From Lepidodermella squamata (lineage: Eukaryota > Animalia > Gastrotricha), in the NCBI GenBank assembly GCA_047495785.1, contig JBLDXI010000009.1:4464001-4528000 (forward strand): a stretch of DNA of 64,000 nucleotides, given 5' to 3'. Of the stretch, positions 1 to 10,541 are shown one piece after another. Within the stretch, counting starts at the first letter, position 1. Every line of letters starts with the position of its first letter. The notes beneath the pieces are model-generated. The model did not search any database and was not told the DNA's origin. It was given only the letters and a program-made list of their open reading frames with translations. The position numbers and the translations under genes were made by a program.

Positions 1-1169
1 ATCATCGTCAGGATTTTGCGTTGTAGAAGATGGCCGAGTGCCGAGTACGGTCTCTTTGATCCATGGGATAGCCGCGCACATCTAAAATAGCAAAATTACA
101 GGCATTCTGCAGACTAAGGATTGATTCCTTACTCTTGCGTATACTGTGGGAAGGCGCCCAGAGGTGTCATTGTCCGTGCATGATTTGCTGTCATCTCCGT
201 AATTCGCGATTCCGAGGAGATAGGAAGTATCACTAACCCCATCTCCGCAAATCAAAGGCCCTCCCTGCTCACTAACACAGATGTCACCAAATCCTGAGCC
301 ACCAGCGCAAATTGTTGCTCCAGTTGCAATACTCGCTGATTTCCACGCACTGCAGGCTGCATAGTTGAAAACGGGTATCAAGGCCTTTCTCACAGCATCT
401 TTAACAGGACAATTTTTTAGAAATCATGGAGAAAGTTCGGAGTTGGGCATACCTCTTCCAAGACCCCATCCAAATGATGTCGCGAGTGATCGACATCCAT
501 CTATGGGGAGAGTGGAGCTGTTGTATGGATTACTGCAATAGCCATCCTTCGGAAGGGGTATCAAGTTGATGTATTCCAGCTGGTCTATGCTTAACTGCTC
601 GTTAAGGCGAATGATAGCGAAACTATAAGTAGGATTAGCGCTTCCGTAGTTAGGATGGATGAAGAGTGATCTTGAATCAACGGTTTGCACGACTTCGAAC
701 AGAACTCTATCGTCCAAGTTGTATTTTCCAAGAGACACCTTCACCCTGCAAGATCGTAAATGCATTTGACTATCAAATAAATCCGGAAAACACCCACGTT
801 TTTGCAAGCTGTCCTCGTTGCTTAACACATTGGGCTGCAGTGATGACCCATTGTCTCCCAATTAGAACCGCTCCACATGGATACACATCGCCGGGGGACG
901 ATTCAAACGAACTCTCGATATGGCTCTAGGAAAGCAAAAATGCATGAAATTGCCAGCTAAGTACTGTTACTAACCAGCCATTTTGTTTGGCCACGCGTGG
1001 CAGGTTTTGCTACTTGGCGGGTTAATGAGGCATTGTTACGACCATAATTAGCGCCTGCGTTATCAACTCGCGATCGTGATGACAAATTTACTGGCAGCAA
1101 CTGACCAGAGCAAAGGTCACAGCCAAATATGAACGACAGCAGCAGAGTCAGAACGTGGAAGCCGTGCAT
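1..1169 (-). CDS. Secreted trypsin-fold serine protease homologue, non-catalytic (multi-exon, 3' end runs off window)
   Basis: Signal peptide MHGFHVLTLLLSFIFG; CGAVLIGRQWVITAAQC (His->Gln), YSFAIIRL (Asp->Ser), GWG, ICAGG, CVSEQGGPL (GDSGGP lost); short GT-AG introns, e.g. donor at 974. Confidence 0.85.
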
Positions 1170-1629
1170 TTTTTCGAGCAATTCAACCAACACAAATGAC
1201 GTGGTAGCTAATTTTCTCGTGCACAAAAACACTTTCCAACAGAACGAGGCGTTACTAATCTCACGTTAATCATGTGCAGGAAAAACTGGTCTAATTTATC
1301 CAGGCTAACCGAAAAAAATACGACAGGGTGGCGCAAATGTCGTAGTTTATTCTTGCCGTGAAGCAATTTCCCCGATTACATATAAAAAAAACAGGCATCA
1401 AATGCTTTCAATATTTGTTGTGTTAAGCATCTATAACCGATCACCGGCTCTATGTTCTTGCTAAAAAGATTGAGTAAACCGGAATTCCTAATAATGATGG
1501 TTGATCGGCGGCAGTAAAGATTCGCACACTGAGCGAGAAAACAAAAGCCTATAAGACAGTTATACACAGAAAGATGATGATGAGAGAATGTATCTATCAA
1601 GCCGAGATATATGATTTTTCATCCATCCT

Positions 1630-2911
1630 CTATTCCGTTTGGTCCCAAGCTGGGAAAGCACCATCTGGCTGACCCTCTGGCGGCGGCGGCGCGGTGGTTG
1701 TTGTTCGCGGGGCTCGAGCGGTGGCAGCAACAACGCGGCGAGTTGTTACCTGTTGTTGGCGCTGGTAGTACGCATCGACTGACGTAGTAGTGTCGCGAAT
1801 CCAGGGCAGAGCAGCGCAGATCTATAATGAATCATGCAACAGTTTTTCCCGACTGAAATTCAGGGCTTACGCGTCCGTAGATAGCTGGCAGACGTTTCGA
1901 GGCATCGAGGGCGCAGTTGTTGGTTGTATCACCGTAATTGGCGATTCCGAGAAGGAACCAGTTGTCTTCGTCATCACGGCACATCAGAGGGCCGCCGCGC
2001 TCGCTGACACAGATGTCACCGTGGCCGAGACCTCCAGCGCAGATGGTGGCCTCAGTGAAGACACGGGCTGTTTTCCAGGTGTTGCAGCTGTTGTAGTAGT
2101 AAACCGGAACGATGGTCTTCATGAGAACTCCTAAGGAAAAAGGGCACTGATCAATTCAATCAAACAAAACTATGACTCACCTGGGCCCATGCCCCAACCT
2201 GCTGTGGTGGCGACAGTTTTGCAGTTATCGACAGGGAAGGTGGTGCCAACATACGGGCTGCTGCAGAAGCTGTCCTGGGGGAGGGCAATCGGGGCAGCGG
2301 CTCTGTTTGACGAAGGAATCGCTCGGTCGAGGCGAAGAAGGGCGAAATTGTACGTCGGGTTCGACGCGCCGTAATAAGGATGGACGAAGATCGAGCGGCT
2401 TGAGTTAACCATCTGCCATGAGCTTCCCTGTTCCTGAGCTGAGGCGTTCCACCGGCCGATGTGAACACGGACCCTAGTTGGGAAAAGAGGATATGGTATC
2501 TTGTGAGGAGTCAATGGTTTAATTTACAAATCGGCAAAACGAGCGCGCTGCTTGACACAAACAGCGGCGGTAAGGACCCATTGGGGCGAGATCAAAGTGC
2601 CGCCGCATGAGTAATCGGCAGCCTCTCCTTCTTCGATGAAACGAACTTCAACTCGGACCTAGAATCAATTTCAAGTCAGGTAACATCCTGCCGGATTTTG
2701 TTTCTCGTCAACTTACAACTGACTTGAATTCACCTTGAATGGTCGGCTGGGCCTTGCTTCTCGGGGCCGGCGTGCTGAGGCCGAGGCGGTCATAGATGGG
2801 CTGGGCCTGCGGGTCCGGATACAGCCACGGCGCTGAGTTCATCTGCCACAGCTGGCCTGTGCAGCTGCCGGCGGCGACCGCCAGCAGCAATAGAGCCTTT
2901 ACAACGGCCAT
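1630..2911 (-). CDS. Secreted serine protease homologue, non-catalytic, Thr/Pro-rich C-tail; paralogue of the previous gene
   Basis: Signal peptide MAVVKALLLLAVAAG; CGGTLISPQWVLTAAVC, YNFALLRL, AGWG, CVSERGGPL; last exon ...TTTTAPPPPEG...QTE* with stop at 1630-1632. Confidence 0.85.
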
Positions 2912-3225
2912 CTTTCTATATATCGTTCACAGATTTAGCAGAAAGACCTGTTAACTTTTGTTTCTTTCACTTTCCACCTCAACAAAAAAAACATCGGCCA
3001 TAAGGTGCCGCTCGAGCCGCTCATCTTTGTAGGCACGAGCTTGTTGTTAACGAAATCCCCGATGATAGGCATCTAAAGCGCTGCGTATGGTCACGGCTCA
3101 GGGCAGCTGACGCCGCGCGGGCGACCAAAAACTTCGAGCAAATTCGTGTGGCACGAAATGCACTCTAGCTTACAGAGGATTACAGCTCATCAAATAATAA
3201 CTGACGTTTCGCAGGCTTTTCCACC

Positions 3226-4488
3226 ATGGCTCAACTAGCTCACTGTTTCTTGTTTGTGCTTTTCACACTAATAGCCGTCGGCTACTACGTGGTCGGGCAG
3301 CGAGTTGACTGGACGAGTGCCGAGCGTGGCGAGTTCCCATGGATGGTATCAACATGAAAAGGACTTGATTAGATATATGAATTACTTCCCTGTTATCCCA
3401 GGCCCGTTTGCAAAGCAATTTCAGGTCCCGCCGGATTTACTGTTCCGGGACTTTGATAAGCCGCCAATGGATTCTAACATCCGCTCATTGCGTTAAAACT
3501 GACGAGGGTGAAATTGCTACCAGGTTTAATTTAGGATGGAGACCAGATTTTCAATTATATTCCATATCAATGCCATAGTGTTGTAGCAAGTCTGGGACGG
3601 TATGACATCAGCAAAAATGTTGAACCCGGACAAGTTCAACGATCTTCGACCCGAATCATCATACATCCGAATTATAACCGATGGAACTATTGGGACCACA
3701 ATTTCGCATTGATAAGGCTGAATTCTTCGGTTATCTCCTCGAGTATTCGACCAGCGACATTACCATATTCGACTAGTATGTGTTCCCTCAACTATACCAG
3801 AATAACTAAACCAGTTGATAGCTGCGTCGAAGCTATTGTCATGGCCTGGCCTCGCTCTTCTGGTGAATTATCGATTTTGCTGAAGTCTCCTTGTACTATG
3901 ATGTTTTATCTTTAGATGGGGCTAACGTTTTGGAAAAAGCTACGGTTGAAGTTCAGAATTACTCATACTGCGAGGAAACCGGCCGCATTCCTCGAAACTA
4001 CTTCTCTCAGGCGAAAATGTGTGTCCCAACCGAGACCGGAAATACAGGATGCTTGGGTGACAGTGGCGGGCCAATGATTTGCAAGATGAAGAATGGGGAA
4101 TTTTATTTAATTGGCGTGACGTCATTTGGCACGCGTCACGAATGCAATCTGGCAGCAGGGGATGAAGCTCCAAATATCCACACAAGAATTTGCGGAATCT
4201 TGCTTTGGCTACTGGAAATTGTTGAAGGGTATTCGGAACCTAGAGGTAAGGCTAATAATTTGACCTAGTTAAATTATGAAGCTTCGATCTTTATCAGCGA
4301 ACTCATGTGGAGCTCTCCCGTGGGTATACAATGGACACTTGAGCCAAGGTTCGTCGCTGGAAGGCTCCGTTCGAAATATCACCTGCTTCAGGGGCCTTTA
4401 CCTGGTCGGAGCAGGCAGCATAACGTGTCAGCCGAACGGAAATTGGACCAAGCCTGGAAAATGCCTTGAAACTTTACCAAACTATTGA
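3226..4488 (+). CDS. Trypsin-like protease with C-terminal sushi/CCP domain
   Basis: Kozak CCACCATGG at 3221-3229; GEFPWM, CSGTLISRQWILTSAHC, HNFALIRL, CLGDSGGPM; last exon CGALPWVYNG...C..G..L.G...ITCQPNGNW...C is a CCP module. Confidence 0.85.
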
Positions 4489-4519
4489 TGAAAAACGTTT
4501 TATTATAAAATAAAGATAA

Positions 4520-5864
4520 CTATCGCTGGATACAATTTCCTTGAGCGTCCCATCGCCCTGAGTCTAGGCATTCAACTGTATTATCTCCGTCAAGTCTCGT
4601 ACCTCGGCCGCATTGAAATAAGACGATATAGCCAGCTCGAAATATCGGGGTTCCATTTCGCATAGGTACTCCAGCCGCTGATGGTCTGAAAATTCGAGCA
4701 TGAGGCACTCTAGGCAGACCAACGCAGAAAACCCCTGGCTTAGAAGGGTCCGGCTTTTCAGTCGGAGCCAAATATCGCGGCGTAGTTAAACGCTCAGGAT
4801 TTAAGGTGGCTTGCGTAACCAGATGCAGAAGATTCGCTCTATTCACAGGGTGTTCGTAAATCCAATCATCAGAACCGTCATCCGTCATCAATTTAATCCA
4901 AGACCGAGCCGAGCAGACTCGAGCGTAAACTCCTGCTGAATGCTGAAAAGCCAACTGATTCCTCAAATCCATCCTTTGTTGATTGCAATAGCCAAAAGAA
5001 GTGACTCCGACGATATACCACTGATTGAGGGGTGACTTGCATATGATAGGGCTACCCGGGTCGCCAAGACACCCTGGGTTCTCAGGATCGGCGTAGTTCT
5101 TCCCAGCACAGATTGTTTGCTCCGAGAATGGGCCAGCCCATGAGCAATGCCGCTGATATTTTACGACCAATAGATTCGACTTCCTTAAGATTTTCTGCTC
5201 GTAATCACTGTAAGGTGGCCGTAGTCTGTCGACGCCCCATCCTGCCGTGAAGACATCAGAGCATTGGTCGACCTGCTCACTGAAGGCGTCGAAGGTCTTT
5301 CGAACTGAATTATCTTGGCAATAAGAATTCGGTAGGTCGATTGGAGATATTTTTGTAGTAGGGCCGACAACTCTGTTGAGGCGGATCAGAGCAAAATCAT
5401 AGCGTTTATCGGTCCTATACGACGGGTGGATGAAGATTGAGGAGGCCTCAATCGTTTGCTCAACTTGTCCACTTTCGTAACGAAGGCCCAAGTCATGACG
5501 GCCGAATTTCACAACAATGCTAGGGAAGACAGCTTAGTATTAGTTGAAAGACTTTGTTTATGGTATACCTTTGTACCGGAAGCTCTTCTCGGTACATCAT
5601 GCAGTGCGCGGCTGTCAGCACCCATGTTCCGATGATTAATGAACCGGAGCAAAATCCTTTGACATTATTCAAATAATTGAGCGTGAGATGAACCTGGAAG
5701 TGTAAACAAAGCTGAGGAGATGTGGCAAGTGAAATTAAGCTAACCATCCAAGGGTACTCATGCCGTTCGGCCGCATCGTCAGGAGCCGGCTCATCCGTAT
5801 GCTGCCATGCTGATCCTGTGCAAATTGCACCTGTAATTACAACAAGTGTTGCTAACGACTTCAT
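4520..5864 (-). CDS. Serine protease homologue (Ser->Pro) with C-terminal sushi/CCP domain
   Basis: Signal peptide; EYPWM, CSGSLI..WVLTAAHC, YDFALIRL, CLGDPGSP; C-terminal CVGLPRVPHA...FQCGRGTRLDGDNTVECLDSGRWDAQGNC. Confidence 0.85.
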
Positions 5865-5960
5865 TTATTACGCGTCAAATGAACTCAACCATGAAAAATA
5901 TCCGTTAAAAAGTTGACTTGTACTCAAGACCGGTGCTTTCATCGTAATTATCATCTTTAT

Positions 5961-8217
5961 TCACAGCGAGTTGATCAAGTAATTAGGCCCGAAAGTCACG
6001 GCAGCAGTGACGAATTGGTTGTAAGTGTGAAAAGAACACCTCTTATGCGTATCGTAATGGATAAATCTTTTCGTTTGAGCCAGTCCTGCCATTGATCTAA
6101 GGAAAACTCATCTAAAAGACTTGAAATTCGAGATAAAGTTTTACTTACGCAGTTTCCCCAAAGCCGCTCCTTGATATTAGCAAGAAATCCATTTTCGTCA
6201 AAATGAGCCAGTCCACATACGTTTTTGCTACCAATCTCCAAGCTGTTTCGTGATCCGAGGCATTCGCTACGCTACTATTAGCCTGATCAACATGGTTTAT
6301 GGTAAGATTATGCTCCGCTCCACTCGCGAATATCGTAACATTTGAAGCATCAGTCATATTGCCACGTAAAATTTCGACAGCTCCAGGCCAGTCTGTTGTA
6401 ACAAATATCACAATATTTGTTCGATTTGCAAAATGGCGTGATTTTCTGATCTTTTCGTTAATAATTTTGGTTGCTTCCCTTGCAAAGCAGGCTATTTGGT
6501 CAGGCGAAACTCGTAAACCTCGGTCCAATTCGAAATTCGCCAGGTTTTCCATTCTCAGTTGCACGCCGATTTTAGTCGAATTTAGCCATAATTTCCAACC
6601 GATTGTTGAATTTATGACTTGCTCGAACAATTCTTGAAGACGATCCGTTGGTCGGGATAACGTTGCGCGATATCCGGCTGAAATTATTATTGGGAGATCG
6701 CTTGGGCTGATTTCGCGCCACGGCATTTCGTATTCAGCCATTTTTTCAATGATCGACGTGAACTTTCGGTTTCGCAGTAACGAGCCTAGCCCGGCGTAAC
6801 GATTTGATACAAACTCGATATTCGAGTAATTGTGCAACTTTTCTTCGAAAGCACTGCTGTCCAGGTAATCAACGATGTCGTTTTCCTCACCGAATTTGAC
6901 CATTTCGAAACATCGCCTCATCGATTCATTCCTCTTGGCTTTATAATCCTTTTCCGAGAGTAGCGGGTATAAATGCTTGTTTATCTTGAAGTACTCTCCG
7001 AGATCGATTGGCCTCAGCAAATCTGCATGAAAAATTCGATTGGTTCCTATTGCCAAGTAAACAGTGGTGATCTATTTAACAGAGTGTCAATCTATCAAAA
7101 GATATTTCGGGAAAAAGCTAACAAATCCTCGCAGTCTGTCTCCGAATCCTCCACAGGGGTAACCGTGGTATTCATAAGGACAATACGCTGATATGAATTT
7201 AGCTGGCGTTGTTTTGTTAACAGCTGATGAGAAGTAGTTCTTGATCAATGAATTCGCGACTCTTTGCGCGGCAAACTGAAAGATCAATGCCTGGGACTGT
7301 TCGTCATCCGCCTCGAGAACTCGGAAGTATTTACGCTCAAATGTGTCATAACGTGGTAGTATCAGGATTCCCTCAACAAAGCTGACGAAAACATCCCTTC
7401 GTACGTTACTGCCCTTAAGATCTTCTTTCTTGAAGCGAGTTGTTATTAGAAGCGTTGTAGGAGGGTGATCTTGCATATATTCATTGTATCGCTGATGAAA
7501 TGCCTCAACTGGCGCATCTTTCAGATGTTCGCAGAGGTTGTAAACTTCATCTACCGATCCTCCGAAAAATCGGCGTGAGTAGTGAGGATGACTCATTGAG
7601 GTTAACTCTTCCACTCGGTCGTCATTCAAGGTCTTATCGAATACTCGAAGCCTTTTGACGTTAGGATACGATCTATGTAAGACTGCTATTCGCTTGGAGG
7701 CTATTTTCCGCATATCGAGCTTCCATGCTATCGTTACTGAAGTATCAGTAATTATGACGTAATCGAATTGTTTTGAATCGAAAACTGGAGTTTCTTCTTT
7801 GCTGTCGATCAGAAATTTGCAAGGGTTGATTCCACTCGATAACTCAGATGACCGGTCAATAATTCGAAGCGGTATGATATCAGGCTTGGAGGCCATATCT
7901 TGCAAAGTCATGTTTGAGGTCACACGTTTGTTGAGTAGTGGGAAGGCGGTCAAAATGACACGTCCACAAACATGGTCACTGTTGTCTTTCATAATAATAT
8001 AGCGCTTTGTCTGTTCGATGAAGCGTTCCATGATATGCGCATTCACGGAACCATTGTTGTAGACTACAAAAGCAATGCGGATAGTTTTGGATTCGCTGCA
8101 ATTCGACGATGCAGGCAGCGGATTGATCAGCGCATTTTTAGAATTCAACCAAGATGAGCTTAAAATGAGGAAGGAACACGTGATTAGGATGAGGAATCCA
8201 GTCCTATAACGTTGCAT
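5961..8217 (-). CDS. Type II membrane two-domain glycosyltransferase, copy 1: degenerate GT6/ABO-like domain + GT-B fucosyltransferase domain
   Basis: ORFs 7087-8325 and 6145-7056 are joined by a 51-bp GT-AG intron (7072-7122); N-terminal TM; VLHRSY and FFGGSVDEV (GT6-like); CGGFGDRLRG, IGVQLR, VTTD, DWLILTKMDFLLISRSGFGETA (FucT motifs); last exon ends at TGA 5961-5963. Confidence 0.8.
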
Positions 8218-8321
8218 GCCACACTTTGGAACTTTCCGAGCCGCTTCACATTTTATCATCCAATTTAATTGAAAACAATCTAAAATTGGTAGAAAATAAA
8301 TAGACGTTAGTATTTTATTTC

Positions 8322-10405
8322 TCACAAGGCTCCGTAAGGAGAAGTGCCCGGATTAGGAAAGAAGACGTTGTAGCTTTGAAACGGGCATTTTAGTTTATCA
8401 ACATCCCAATGAATGAAACGCCGAGTTGGTTTCAACGAAGCCATTGATCTACAGGACGATCAAGTAGAAAATGTTGATCAATCTCAAATAAAACAACTTA
8501 CGCAGTTTCTGCCAGGCCGCTCCGAGAAATGACTAGAAAATCCATTTGAGTAAGCAGGTACCAATCGAGGTAAGTCTTCGCCATAAGCCGCCAAGATTCC
8601 TCAGAATGCCGCACAGAATCATCCAACTTTGTATGATCAACATGAGCAAGGGTCAAATTCATTTCTTCCCCAGTAACAAATATGGACAAATCATCAAAAC
8701 CAGTCATATGAGACCGGAAAATGTCGAGAGTATCATTCCGATCTGTGGTTAGAAAGATAACCACCGACTTCCCTCGTTCCCCAAAAGGACTGAGCTTGTG
8801 GCGCAGGATTTGCTTAACCTCGTCGCTGAAACACCCGAACTGTTTCGGCTCAACACGAGTCCAGGCGTCGCTTTCGTGAGTTACAAGCCATCCATAGCGA
8901 ATTTGAACTCCTATTCTCACAGAATTACGCCACTTCTCAAGACCAACACTGCGTTCGACGACTTCATCTTTCAGCCGATCGAGTTTTGGTGCCAGGTGAC
9001 TCAGAATCAGCCGATAAGCCGCAGATATGAATATAGGATAATCGAATTTCGCAAATCGGCCGTTGTCGAGCTTGTACTCAGAAGCTTTTTCAATTGCACT
9101 CGCGAATTTTGGGTTCCTCAAATATGAGGAAAGGCCGCTGTATCGATTCGCGATCAGTTCGATGTTTGAGTAGTTGCTGAGAACTGATTCGAAGGTCTCG
9201 CTATCCATGTATTTTACAAATGGCTCGGCAACGTTGATGTTTCCTATCCTCTTCGTAGTCGAATTATCTGGTATTGCACGGTTGAGAGCTTTGTAGTAGA
9301 CTGATTCATCAACTCCATAGAAATGCTCGTTAAGGAGGAAGTAGGACGAGAGGTCCACAGGTTTAGGATGATTCACATGCAGAACTCGGTCGGTCGCTAT
9401 AGCCAGGTACAAACTGGTTGCCTAAGAATGCAATCTATATGAAGTTTCAATTTTTTAGTAAAAACTTACCACCCCTCTCAAACGATCACCCCAACCTCCA
9501 CATAAGATGTTGATAGGACAGCTTGCTGAAACATACTTCAAATCGTCTTCACCAGATTCTATTCTGCTTTTCATTCGTTTCAAGTAATTCTTCTGTATAG
9601 CTCCAGCGACTTTGATAGAAATTTCTTGATAATTCGACGATTCAAGGTAATCATTCAGCTCTTCCAAATCCCTGCCGAATTTAAGTTCAAAGCTGCTTGG
9701 TGGAGCTGTGAATTTGATGGATTTTTCCAGTCGTTTAACGCTCATTCTCTCCAAAGCAGTGAGATTTGCGAAGAACTCAAGATCGCCTGGGTAAATTATA
9801 ATTTGGCCTCTATTGCTCGTATGTAAATATCGGTTGTAGCTGCTATGAAATTGGTCACGTGACTGATTTTCGCCAAAAGACTTGCACATATCCTCAAGAA
9901 ATTGTCGTGACCCACCTAGCATCAAACTTGAGTAATGGTAGATCAAGTTTGATCTGAAAGGCGTGACTGTCCTTTTCAAATTAGGAGCTGCTTGGTGTAG
10001 GACAGATACAACATCAGCTATCAGATTGTTCGCAACATCGATTTTGCCTGTGATTTTGACTGATCCATGAATGAGTAGAAGATGCGATGCCTTAGCCGTA
10101 TCAACTTCGTAGCGGTACTGATTTAAAAGAAAGCAAGGAGATTCTCTTGAGTATTCTGCAGGGTTTTCGACGTTTTTCTTATCACCAACATTGAAATATA
10201 CAATCGGGTTGTTCACTAGAAATTGCTTCAAAGACTCGACCTGACCAGAACTCGGCGATAACAGGATGACACCCAACACTACTCCAGATCCTGGAGACAG
10301 GCCCCATTTTTCAAGGCTAAATGAGTTCAAGTTGAGTGATATAAAGGTTACGCAATAGCATAAGATTAGGGCGAGGAACACGTCTTTCAGCGAGAATGAA
10401 CGCAT
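8322..10405 (-). CDS. Two-domain glycosyltransferase, copy 2 (pseudo-GT6 + fucosyltransferase)
   Basis: Same exon structure; N-terminal TM; VLHQAAP, MLGGS; CGGWGDRLRG, IGVQIR, LTTD, DWYLLTQMDFLVISRSGLAETA; stop at 8322-8324. Confidence 0.8.
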
Positions 10406-10541
10406 TAGTAAATAAAAGGACTTGAAATAGTCATTTTTCTCTAATGCCTTATGATGCTACATAAAAAATGTAAACATACTCTTCTGAATACATTACGCTC
10501 TTTCAAAAGTGATTAAAGCCATTTTATTCTTTGAAAAGACT

